This document shows, one piece after another, positions 23,487 to 35,470 of a stretch of DNA of 64,000 nt. The notes beneath the pieces were generated by a model. That model was not told the origin of the DNA. It worked only from the letters and a program-made list of their open reading frames with translations, and did no database searches. Within the stretch, counting starts at the first letter, position 1, and each line of letters begins with the position of its first letter. Made by a program: the position numbers and the translations under genes. The stretch lies in NCBI RefSeq assembly GCF_030144855.1, contig NC_082731.1:22754001-22818000 (forward strand), given 5' to 3'. The stretch comes from Hypanus sabinus. Lineage: Eukaryota.

Positions 23487-26400
23487 ATAACCATATAACC
23501 ATATAACAATCACAACACGGAAACAGGCCATCTCGGCCCTCCAGGACCGTGCCGCACACTTAATCTCACCTAGTCCCACCTACCCGCATTCAGCCCATAA
23601 CGCTCCACTCCTTTCCTGTGCATATACCTATTCAATTTTACCTTAGGTGACATAAGTGAACTGACCGAGACTACTTCTACAGTAAGCTCATTCCGCACAG
23701 CTATCACTCTCTGAGAAAATAAATACCCCCTCGTGTTTCCCTTAAACTTTTGCCCCCTATCTCTCAAATCATGTCCTCTCGTTTGAATCTCCACTACTCT
23801 CAATGGAAACAGCCTATTCACGTCAACTCTATCTATCCCTCTCAAAATTTTAAATCCCTCGATCAAGTCCCCCCTCAACCTTCTACGCTCCAATGAATAG
23901 AGACCTAACTTGTTCATCCTTTCTTTGTAACTTAAGTGCTGAAACCCAGGTAACATTCTAGTAAATCGTCTCTGCACTCTCTCTAATTTATTGATATCTT
24001 TCCTATAATTCGGTGACCAGAACTGTACACAATATTCCAAATTTGGTCTTAACAATGCCTTTTACAATTTTAACAGTACATCCCAACTTCTGTACTCAAT
24101 GCTTTGATTTATAAAGGCCAGCGTTCCAAAAGCCTTCTTCACCACCCTATCTACATGAGACTCCACCTTCAAGGAACTATGCACTGTTATTCCTAGATCT
24201 CTCTGTTCCTCTGCATTCCTCAGAGCCCTACCATTTATCCTGTATGTTCTATTTGGAATATTCCAGCCAGAATGTGGAACCTCACACTTCTCAGCATTAA
24301 ACTCCATCTGCCAACGTTCAGCCCATTCTTCTATCCGGCATAAATCTCCCTGCAAGCTTTGAAAACCCACCTCATTATCTACAACACCTCCTACCTTAGT
24401 ATCATCGGCATACTTACTAATCCAATTTACCACCCCATCATCCAGATCATTTATGTATATTACAATCAACATTGGGCCCAAAACAGATTACTGAGGCACC
24501 CCGCTAGTCACCGGCCTCCATCCCGATAAACAATTATGCACCACTACTCTCTGTCATCTCCCATCTAGCCATTGTTGAATCCATTATATTACTCCAGTAT
24601 TAATTCCTAACGACTGAACCTTCTTAACTAACCTTCCATGTGGAACTTTGTCAAAGGCTTCGCTGAAGTCCATATAGACTGCATCCACTGCCTTACCCTC
24701 GTCAACATTCCTCGTAACTTCTTAAAAAATTCAATGAGGTTTGTCAAACAAGACCTTCCAAGCACAAATCCATGCTGGCTACTCCTAATCAGATCCTGTC
24801 TATCCAGATAATTATTAATACTATCTCTGAGAATACTTTCCATTAATTTACCCACCACTGATGTCAAACTGACAGGTCTATAATTGCTAGGCTTACTTCT
24901 AGAAACCTTTTTAAACAATGGAACCACATGAGCAATACGCCAATCATCCGGCACAATCCCCGTTTCTAAAGACATCTTAGAGATCTCCGTCAGAGCTCCT
25001 TCTATTTCTACACAAAATCCCTCAAGTTCCTGGGGAATATCATGTCAGGAGCCGGAGATTTAACCGCTTTTAAATTTCTTAAAAGCGCCAGTACTTCCAC
25101 CTCTTTAATTGTCATAGGTGTTTCCCACACCTTACACAATTCAATATCTTTCCATACTGAATACCGAAGAGAAGAAATCGTACAAAAAATCTCCCATCCC
25201 CCCGGCTCCACACATAGCTGACCACTCTGATTCTCTAAGGGGCCAATTTTATCCCTCACTATCCTCTTGCTTTTGATATAACTGTAGAAACATTTCGGAT
25301 TTACTTTCACATTATTTGCCAAACCAACCTCGTATCTTTTAGCTTTTCTCATCTCTTTTTTAAGACTAATTTTACATTCTTTATATTCCTCAAGCAATTC
25401 CTTTACTCCAAGCTGCTTATATCTATTGTAGACATCCCTCTTTTTTCCGAACCAAATTTCTAATATCCCTTGAAAACCATGGTGCTTTCAAACCTTTAAC
25501 CTTTCCTTTCAACCTAACAGGAACATAACGATTGTGTACGCTCATTATTTCACCCTTAAGTGACCTCCATTTCTCTATTACATCCTTCCCATAAAATAAA
25601 TTGACCCAATCCACTCTCTCTAAATACCTTCGCATCTCCTCAAAGTTAGCCTTTCTCCAACCAAAAATCTCAACTGCAGGTCCTGTCCTGTTCTTCACCA
25701 TAATTATATTGAAGCCAATGCTATTGTGATCACTGCACCCGAACTGTTCCCCAACACATCCATCTGTCAGCTGACCTATCGCATTCCCTATTTGGAGATC
25801 CTATACTGCCTCATCTCTAGTCGGTACTTGTATGTATAGGTGCAAAAAACTATTCTGCACACATTTCACAAACTATAAACCATCCTGCCATTTTACAGAA
25901 TGAGCTTCCCCGTCTACTTGTGGAAAATTAAAAAGTCCCACAATCACCACCTTGAGTTTACTACAAATATCTGCTATCTCCTTACACATTTGCTCTTCCA
26001 ACTCATGCTCCCCATTAGGTGGCCTATAATACACTCCTATCAGTGTTACTACACCTTTCCCATTCCTCAATTCCACCCAAATAGTCTTCCGAGAGGAGCT
26101 CTCTAATCTATCCTTCCAAAGCACCGCCATAAGATTTTCTCGGACAAGCAATGCAACACCTCCTCCTCTGGCCCCTCCCACACACCTGAAGCAACTAAAT
26201 CCAGGAATATTTAGTTGCCAATCACACCCTTCCTGCAACCATGTTTCACTAATAGCTACAACATCATAATTCCAGGTATCAATCCACGCTTTAAGCTCAT
26301 CTACCTTTCTTACAATGCTCCTAGCATTAAAATAGATACATTTAAGATACTCTCCACCTCCTCCTCTCTTTTCATCCCTGAGAATGCTTTCAAATTTCTT

Positions 26401-27722
26401 ATCCTTTTCTTTCTTCTCCCCTACATCTTCGGGCTGAGCGCATCCCTTCTCCATCATCTGCCTTTCCTCCCTCACACACTGTCTATTTACTTGCTCTACT
26501 GGTGTACTAACCTCCTCTCCAATAGTTTCCTCAAATTGATTCCCCCCCATCTTACTAGTTTATAGTCTGCCCTGAAGCCCTAGCAAACCTCCCCGCTAGG
26601 ATATTGGTCCCCCCAGGATTCAAATGTAACCCGTCCTTCTTGAGCAGGTCACGCCTGTCCCAGAAGAGATCCCAATGATCCAGAAAATTCAATCCTTGCC
26701 CCTTGCACTGATCCGATGCCACGCATTCATACTCCACCTAATTCCCGCCCCACTTTCACTGTCGCGTGGCAGAGGCAGTAATCCGAGATTACTACCTTTG
26801 CGGTCCTTCTTCTTAACAGTCTTCCTAACTCCGTTTCAGGACCTCTTCCTCTTTCCTATCTGTGTCATTGGTACCTATATGCACCACGACCTCTGGTTCC
26901 TCACCTTCCCACTCCAGGATATCTTGGACGCGTTCAGAAACGTCCCGAACGCTGACATCAGGGAGTCAAATCATATTCCGAGACGGAAACGCCTGTCTGA
27001 ACCCCTGACGATCGAGTCCCCTATTACCATGGTCCTTTTTCTTCTATCCCTACACTTCTGAGCTACAGGGACGTCCTCTATGCCGGAGACCCGGCCACTG
27101 TCACTTCCACCAGGTAGGCTGTCCCCCCCAAGAGTACTCAAACATGAGTACTTATTGTCAAGGGGTACAGCGACTGGTGTACTCTCTAGTACCTGCCTCT
27201 TCCCCTTCCTGACCGTGACCCACCTATCTGCCTCCCGTGGCCCCGGAGTGACCACCTGCCTGTAACTCCTCTCTATCACCTCCGCACTCTCCCTGACCAG
27301 GCAAATGTCATCAAGCTGCAGCTCCAGTTCCCTAACTCGATGCCTCAGGAGCTGTAGTTCGGTGCACCTGGCGCAGATGTGGACGTCCGGGAGGCTCGGA
27401 GACTCCAGGATCTCCCACATCCGACACCGAGAACAACAAGCTGCCCTCACACTCATACTTCCCGAATAACTGAAAATAACAAGAACTAAAAGATAAGCCT
27501 ACTGTGCCCTCTTCCGCCTAAGCCCCCTGAGCCCAAGCCCTACACTCTGCTCTCGGTGCACTCCGCTGCCCGCAAACGAAGCTGTCCGCTTCTTAAGGCT
27601 GCGTTCTTTTTATATCTTCCCTCCTTCCCAGGCCTCCTTCATGCGCCTGCGCAGTCCCACCTCTCAGAACTCCGATCTGAGACGCAATTGGACAATTTGA
27701 AAATGGCCGCCGCCGCACTTCC
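23487..27722 (-). mobile_element. Near full-length CR1 LINE (ORF1 zinc finger/esterase, ORF2 APE + RT), frameshifted with internal deletions
   Basis: ORF1 26971-27456 (CSRCRMWE...CARC...GDSIVRG); endonuclease 25873-26550 (YFNARSI...ISETWLQ...GVYYRPP); RT 24628-24975 and 24062-24481 (YINDLD...KYADDTK); 23570-24055 (LEYCVQFWSP); 3' tandem tail seen on the + strand as ataaccat repeats near 23487; GC-rich 5' UTR. Confidence 0.95.
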
Positions 27723-28695
27723 TCTAAAAGCCTCTCTGTCCTCTTCCAAAAGAGAAGATTCTTTCCAGATGTCTCGATTCTTCTGCAATGATAGTTTCAA
27801 GCATTTTCCGAAGTACAGATGTTGAACTACCAGACATATAGTTATCATTTTGCCTTTATACGTTTTCAAACAGTGGCGTGATATTCGCGGTCTTCCGACC
27901 CTCCAGGTCATGCCCAGTATTCACTAAGTTTTGGTAAATATCACTAAAGCGTTTACTGGAACATTTGCCATTCAGTTTCCTACAATGTGATGAATTCCAT
28001 CTCGACCGAGAGACTTATCTACTATAAGGCCGAAGAGTTTGCTACGAATTAACTGCTTTGTGCTCACCTTTGAATCGAGGTCTTCAACTCCAATCGGATC
28101 CATAACATTTCTCCTTGTCATGTTAGTTGTATCCCACAACGTGAAAATTGACACAAAATTTGACAATCAAAGCCTCAGTCATTTCCGCATGACCCTGAAT
28201 CAATTCCGCTTTCTCGTCCTCAAAGTGATTAACGTACATTTTAGCTGCCAATTTCATCTTTATATAATTAGTTTTAAAATAAAACTTATACAATCGTTTT
28301 TTTATATTATGTGGTGGTCTAGTTTCATAAGCTAGCTTCCCGAAGGAACACTTTCTCCATTACAATCGCATTCTTTTTTCAATTTAATGATAGAATTATC
28401 ACACAGTAAAGCAGCAGCGGCCCACTAACAAATATTTTGTATCCCGTGACAAACGATCGCTCTCCCTAATTCTTATTTTGATGATGGAGGCGAACACTGT
28501 TCCTTCTGCAGCGTCTTACGTACAGGCGCATAACATTATTGGTTCTTTGAGCATATTCACCATCGTTCTGTTTCCTGCTTGCTGTAGTCAGTTTCCTCCT
28601 TGATCTCTCCCTTTCCTTGACATCGGTAAAGTTCAGAGAATGGTATTTTTGTGGAATTTGCCGGAAGGAGCAGCGATGGAGGCCAAGTCATTGAA

Positions 28696-28899
28696 TGCTA
28701 TTCACGCAGAGATAAATGGGTTATTGATCAGCCAGAACATGACAACATTGGATGAAAACATTGGAGCGGAAATAACTGGCAGAAGTGGATCATTGGATCT
28801 CTGCTATTCACGCAGAGATAAATGGGTTATTGATCAGCCAGAACATGACAACATTGGATGAAAACATTGGAGCGGAAATAACTGGCAGAAGTGGATCAT
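28696..28899 (+). repeat. Perfect 98-bp direct duplication (28696-28793, 28802-28899) with 8-bp spacer
   Basis: tgctattcacgcagagataaatggg...gcagaagtggatcat occurs twice identically, separated by tggatctc. Confidence 0.9.
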
Positions 28900-31007
28900 C
28901 ACACGATTGAATGATGGTCCAGGGAGAGCTCGGAGACAATGAGTGAGCGAGTATAGCCAGGTGATAGAGAGGGGGCGCTTTCAGAGCGACGGTTTGAGAT
29001 CCGTCTATTTTAACACAATGAGTATTGTGAACAAAGCGCAGGAGTGTAGAACCTGGAACAGTCCTTGAACTATGATGGGGCGTCCATTGCAGAGACTAAG
29101 ATGGCTCAGGGACAGGAATGTTTACACCATGTGCCGGGATGAATGCCAATGTACCAAAAACTCTCCTTTCCGAAACTATTTACCTGTGACGCAACTTTGA
29201 CGGAATTTTGTATCTGTATTCCCAGATCGTTTTGCTTTACTGCACTCTTCAGTGCCCTAGCATTTTCCTCATATGTTCTACCTTGGTTTGTCCTTCCAAA
29301 GTGCAACTCCTCACACTGGTAAACAAGAAAGTGTTAAGCCTGCATAGGAGCAGCGGTTTAAAACGATCGTTTACAGTGAGCAAACCTATAATACAAACAA
29401 TGTTCCGTATAATTGGGTACCAAAATCGGCCTCTCAATTCAACCTGTTTAACCAGTGGTCTAAGTCGTAATACCAGACTAATCCAACATAAATTGCTTCA
29501 TATTAGCCATGGTTCCGACGAAACAACCGCATGGGTCCTACTTTCGGCTCTCCAATTCCCCGCTGTAAGATTACCTGCTGCCAAGAAAGATAACCAATTA
29601 TTGTCTGCCATATGACGTCGTGTAAAATCTGTGGTTAAGTGGCTCGCAATGGGTAATGTGTGCACAGACATTGTACTTTCATTCATATTGATAATGGTTG
29701 TGATCTAACAATTCAGTTATGATTTCATGGTTATATCATATCGGAGAATGAGTTATTAGCTCATCTTGTCCTGCACTTGCCTTCACCACCAATCATAGCT
29801 GTCCCGTTACAATGTATAATCGCATCCATCTACTGTAATATGCCCTTGTACTTTATTTTTTTTTTATTCCAGTGCTGTCCATGGTGTTCTGTTTTTGGTA
29901 TCCAGCTTTGCAATTGTTACAATGGGACAACGCTACTGAAAATGGAAACAACTTTTTTCTATTGAAAGTGCATAGTGAGAGAGAATGAGAGAGTGAGGGA
30001 AATGGATGTATAGATAGAAATACAGAGGGGGAGAAATTAAAAATAGCCTTACAAAAGCGTTCTCACATGTTAAAATATATTCACATCTTAATTATATACT
30101 CATGCATCAGGCGTTACATGCCGATTTGCTGCATATCCGTGTATTTGTTTTTCAAAACAGAATATACTTACCACACTGTCGTTGCAGTTTTCTATGATCA
30201 TTGTATTTCGCTACTGTGAAAGCCAAACACAGGTGTGATGAGTGAGACAGAAGACATCAACAGAGAATAAGCATTTTAAACATTCAATTGTAAGCAGTGA
30301 AGTATTATAACAAGTTTCGATGTCCCCCATGTTACACCCATGACAAAACAAACACTTTAACCGGCTTGATAGATTGCTAAGAGAGCCCGACTACTCCCCT
30401 AAGTCTGAAGATCAATTTTGAATAGTTATTCAGCACTGTTGGCAACATCATTGTGAAAATAAGTTTATTACAGACAAAAGCAAGGCGACCAATAGGAAAG
30501 AGAGTCTTCATATTTAAACCGTGTCAATCATGAGCGGCATAGAACCGGAAGCTGTCGTCCGTCGGACAGTTGAGCTAACCCAAGATGACAAGTTCCAGGG
30601 AATTGCGTTTTACTCTCATATTAACTGTGTTCTGACGCAAGTCAGAGAGAGAGAGGGTAAGAGAGAGAGAGGGAGAGAATCCTTCAAGCGGCATCTCCCC
30701 GTGTTGATCACCACAGTAAAAGTGGAAATGTAATTAAGCTGTGCTTCCACTCCAGCTACTTGTGATTTCTTCCGCTATTTTGTGGTGCTTTGAAAATATA
30801 AATGCACCTCCTAATGACTTGAATCAAATCACGTGGACGAAGATGATTTGTGGCAAACCTGTCTTATCTCTATGAAACGCCAGTCCTGACAAACGCCATT
30901 TGTCGGCTAATAACACAACCTCTTTTTAGTTGTGCTCTTATATATAAACTTCAACACGCTGAGTTACCTGTCTTCATGACAACAGAATTTGCTTCGCACG
31001 TCTTGTT

Positions 31008-31463
31008 ATGAAAGTAATTCTCTTGCTTCCAAGTCCGTCTATAATTAAGAGTCAGATTTGTGCCATGTAGCTTTGATTTACCTTCACAGTGCTAACTGTG
31101 TTATCTTTTCTTGCAGGTGCTTGTGGCGAGGAAGCAGTATTCCAGAAACTGACAGAACTTAAGGCTGAAAAATTACAAACGGTAACGCTCAACTGCACCT
31201 AATCCACAGTTTTCGACAGTGTTACTGCTTGCTGGTATACTCGGGTTCCTAGGACAGAGCCGAAATTTCAAATAGAAAATATCTGCACTGATTTCGAGGA
31301 AAGATCCTCCGATTTTGCCAGTCAGGTTTTCTGTTCTTTTGGACAGGAAAGGTCGGTATTTTACTTTCAGCATCACCAGGGCTCTTGTTTCAGATTCCGC
31401 CACGTCTCTTTGTGCCTTGACGCTCACATTTGTTCAGAAGAGCTACAAACCCGCACAATAACC
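31008..31463 (+). pseudogene. TCR alpha/delta V pseudogene with retained 23-RSS
   Basis: Leader remnant ending CCA A|gtccgt (31032); acceptor ttgcag at 31116; ACGEEAVFQKLTELKAEKLQTVTLNCT* (TAA 31200-31202) ...CWYTRVP..., then a frameshift to RFSVLLDRKGRYFTFSITRALVSDSATSLCALT. RSS CACATTT (31425)-23 nt-ACAATAACC (31455-31463). Confidence 0.88.
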
Positions 31464-32918
31464 CAGAGAATGAAACCTGTTGTTGCAAGAGGGCGCACTG
31501 ACACTGACACTGACAATATATATGATTGAAAAAAAAAGAAACAAATGGGAGTATGCAACTATAGAGAGTTAAAACTGTTTTTTTTTCAAAGAACTAAGCA
31601 ATAATACTGACAATGTTCCCGACAATCTGAAATGTCACAGGGCTCAAAGTCTGCTGTTGAATACACCCTCTTCAACTACTGATACATGTGGGTCATCGAA
31701 AATTGAGTCAATACAAAATGCCGCATACATGTCTTGGTACCGAAAAAGCAGCGGCATGAGTTGAGGATTCGGCGATCCAATTACACGTAATATAGGGAGT
31801 TGCTTCTGTACATTTAATACTTAGATCGGCAATAAATGTCTGCCACATTACTTCGTGCAAAGCTGTCGTTTATTACTCACGATGATCGCTCAGTGCTCAG
31901 TCATGTGACTTTCATTCCCAGTACTAATGTTTGTTACCTAGTATTTGGATTTCGTTTCCGCTTTCTTGTTTATACGTAGACTGAGTCCAGTAAATACTGC
32001 ACCTGGCTCTGCACTTGACTTCACCACCAACGATCGCTCTCCCGTGGCAATGTATAATCTCATGTTTCCTATTACATGGCCAGCATTTCAGTCCACCGCA
32101 TTCCGTTGAGTGCTGTTTTTGGTCATGTATTATTGATATTGCTGCAATGCGACAACTGTACTTAAAATGGAAACAACGGTTTTGTTTTTAAATGCATAGA
32201 GGGAAAGAGAGATTGAGGGAGAGAGGAAGAAAGGGAGTGATTTCGAAGATTGGCGCAGTAGAAGCAGATTCCTTCAGACAAGTAAACTAACTCACGTGAC
32301 AAGTCTCCGGTCATAAATGTTTATTTTCATGTTATCTGTTTCCTGAAACAGACGAAAGACTGAGAGAAATCAGTCATGCATGTATCTGTCCATTGTTAAT
32401 CACCAGCGTAAAAAGAGGACATTGTTAGGAGTTGCATTTACACTCCAGCGCCTGCTAACATATTCTGATATTTTGTGGAACATTTGAAATCCGAATGCAA
32501 CTCAGAATGAGATGATTAAGATGACGTGGACATATATTTTTTTTCTTCCAAACCATTGTTACTAGTGTGACAGCTCAATCCAGAATCAGGACAAAGTCCC
32601 TTATCTGCAGCAGGAAACAGTCGTGTTTGAGATGCGCTTCCTTGCACTGAAACTTGAACGTTCCGTACCTGCCTTTCCAGACAGCAACATGTACTTCGCA
32701 CATCTTCTGATAGTAATTCTCGTACATCCAGTTTGGTCTAAAATTGGGAATTTAATGTATGCCACTCAGTTTTAACATACCCTCAAATTTCTAACTGTGT
32801 TATACTATTTTAGCAGCAAATTGTGGCGAGGAGCTAGTATCCAAAAAAACGCCTGAACTGACAGCTGGAGAAGGACAAAACCTACTGTTCAATTGAAACT
32901 ATTCTGCAGCTTACAACA

Positions 32919-34409
32919 CACACAAAATTCTGGTGGAACACAGCCGGCCAAGCAGTATCTATAGGAAGAAGCACTGTCGACGTTTCGGACCGAGACCTTT
33001 GGTCAGAACTAACTGAAAGTAGAGATACTAAGAGAGTTGAAAGTAGCGGGGGGAGGGGAAATGATAAGAGAAGACCGGCGGGGGTGGAATGAACCTAAGA
33101 GCTGGAAAGGTGATTAGCGAAAGTGATACAGAGGTGTAGAAGTCCAAGGATCAGGGGACGGGAGGCCTTGGCTTTAAGATAAGGTGTGTGGGGGAGAACC
33201 AGAGGAAAATGGAGAATCTTTATTCCAGGACAAACGAGAAGTCTTCCTTTTTTAAACATCGGGGCTTCCCTTCTTCCACAATCAACTCTGCTCTCAAACG
33301 CATTTCCCCCATTCCCGCACATCTGCCCTCACTCCATACGCCCGCCACCCCACTTGGGTTAGGGTTTCCCTTGTCCTCACCTAACACCCCACCAGCCTTC
33401 ATGTCCAATGTATAACTTTCCGTAAATTACGCCACCTCCAACGGGACCCCACTACCAAGTACGTCTTTCCCTCCCCCCTCTTAATGCTTTATCGCTCCCT
33501 ACACGACTCCCTTTTTCAGTCGTCCCCGCTCCATCACTTCCCACAGATCTCCCTACTGGCACTTTTCCCTGTAGGCGCAACAAGTGTTTCACTTGCCCTT
33601 ACACTTCCTCTCTCACCGCCATTTAGGGCCCCAGACAGTCCTGCCAGGTGAGGCGACACTTCACCTGTGAGTCGTCTGGTGTTGTGTTTTGCGTCTGGTG
33701 CTCCCGGTGTGGACTTTTATATATTCGTGAGACGCGACGCAGACTGGGGGACCGTTTCACTGAACACCTACGGTCAGTCCACCAGAGAAAGCAGGATCTC
33801 TCAGTGGCCAAATATTTTACTTCCACGTCCGTATCCCATTCTGATATGTCTATCCATGGCCTCCTCTACTGTCAAGATTCATTCAGGTGTTGGAGGAACA
33901 ACACCCTATATACCGTTTGGGTAGCCTCCATCCTGATGGCATGAACATTGAATTCTCTAAATTCCGTTAATGCCCCTCCTCCTGTTCTTACACATCCCTG
34001 AAATATTTAGTTGTTTGTTGTTTTGTTTTTTTTTTCGCTCTCTCTCTCTCTGCCCATCAGGCGGCCTGTTATCCATCTCCCTCTGGTGCTCTCCCCCTCC
34101 CCCTTTCCTTCTCCCTAGGCCTCCCGTCCCATGATCTTTTCCCTTCTCCAGCACTGTATCACTTTCGCCAATCACCTTTCCAGCTCTTAGCTGCACTCCC
34201 CCCCCCCGTTCTTCTCCTATCATTTTGCATTTCCCATCCCCCCCACTACTTTCAAATCTCTTAATATCTCTCCTTTCAGTTAGTCCTGACGAAGTGTCTC
34301 GGCCCGAAACATCAACACTGCTTCTCCCTATAGATGCTGCCTGGCTTGCTGTGTTCCACCATCTTTTTGTGAATGTTGTTTGAATTTCCAGCATCTGCAG
34401 ATCTCCTCA
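32919..34409 (+). mobile_element. Penelope-like element with inverted terminal repeats and 14-bp TSD
   Basis: GIY-YIG remnant CSRCGLLYIRETRRRLGDRFTEHLRS (33648-33944); 32919-33180 is an inverted copy of ~34110-34375; flanked by TGCAGCTTACAACA (32905-32918) and TGCAGTTTACAACA (34410-34423). Confidence 0.88.
34281..34316 (+). ncRNA. Minimal type-I hammerhead ribozyme motif (decayed) in the Penelope terminal repeat
   Basis: agtc-CTGACGA-a-gtgtctcggccc-GAAAC-atc-aac. Other copies give the consensus AGTC CTGACGA A GGGTCTCGGCCC GAAAC GTC GACT. Confidence 0.6.
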
Positions 34410-35320
34410 TGCAGTTTACAACAGTGGTATTGCATTCGGGTGCGCTCATGTTCCCGGGACATTCCGAAATTACAACTAAAATCAATCTGAACTCTGATTT
34501 CGAAGAGGGACCACCCACCCGATTTACCGGACAAATATTCTGTTCTGTTAGACAAAAGTTGTCACCACGTTATTTTTACAAGCACAGGGACTCTCCTCTC
34601 TGATTCTGCCAATTACCTTTGTGCAACGACGCCAAATGGTTTCTTTGAAGACACACACCCGTGTGGTCTCCAGAAGGCGATCTGTGGCATTGAAATTAGG
34701 TGATCCAAAAGAAAATATTTAACAGAGCAGAGAAGAAGCGAATAAAATGATTTGTTAACAGTTAACGAAGCTAAAATACTTGCTACGTTTCATATGATCT
34801 GAAATGTAATGCGTTCAATAATTTACTGCCAAATTCAAGCTGTTCTCTCACTGATACACCTCAGTAAAATTACATTGAGCAAAAAAAAACATTGTTTCCT
34901 ATATCCCATTGTACCGGCATGACAACGGTATGTGCCCAGGTTCCGGCGATCTGTTTCCGCGGACTATGGTTAGCTGCTGCTGTACATTTAAGAGACAGAC
35001 AGCTAATTATTGCCTGCCACTTTATTCTATTGTAAATTTGTAGGAACGGGTCTCATGATGAGCACTGTGTGCTCAATCAATGGACTACCATCCTCAGTAC
35101 TTGTACTTGTGATCTTGCTTTTGGATTTCGATTTTCTTTTCTACTTTATATCTAAACTGGGTCTCCGTTGATTCTGCACTTTGCTTCACCACTGATAATA
35201 GCTCCTCGTTATTTTCTGTAACACGTTGCGAATTTCTCAGCAATCAATGAAATGCTGTTTTTAGCATATCGGTTAATGTTGTTCCAATGTGATATCTCTT
35301 TTGAAGATGAAAAGAACCGC

Positions 35321-35470
35321 NNNNNNNNNNNNNNNNNNNNNNNNNNNNNNNNNNNNNNNNNNNNNNNNNNNNNNNNNNNNNNNNNNNNNNNNNNNNNNNN
35401 NNNNNNNNNNNNNNNNNNNNNNNNNNNNNNNNNNNNNNNNNNNNNNNNNNNNNNNNNNNNNNNNNNNNNN
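35321..35470. other. Assembly gap (150 N)
   Basis: Run of n. Confidence 1.

Larger units (their letters stand above)
32689..34671 (+). pseudogene. TCR V pseudogene split by a Penelope insertion (5' part 32689-32918, 3' part 34410-34632)
   Basis: Leader MYFAHLLIVILVHP (32689-32730); exon from 32817 reads NCGEELVSKKTPELTAGEGQNLLFN*NYSAAY. After the insertion the sequence aligns with the 31.1-kb V and ends LSDSANYLCATT, followed by a decayed heptamer and a spacer homologous to that of the 31.1-kb RSS. Confidence 0.85.
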
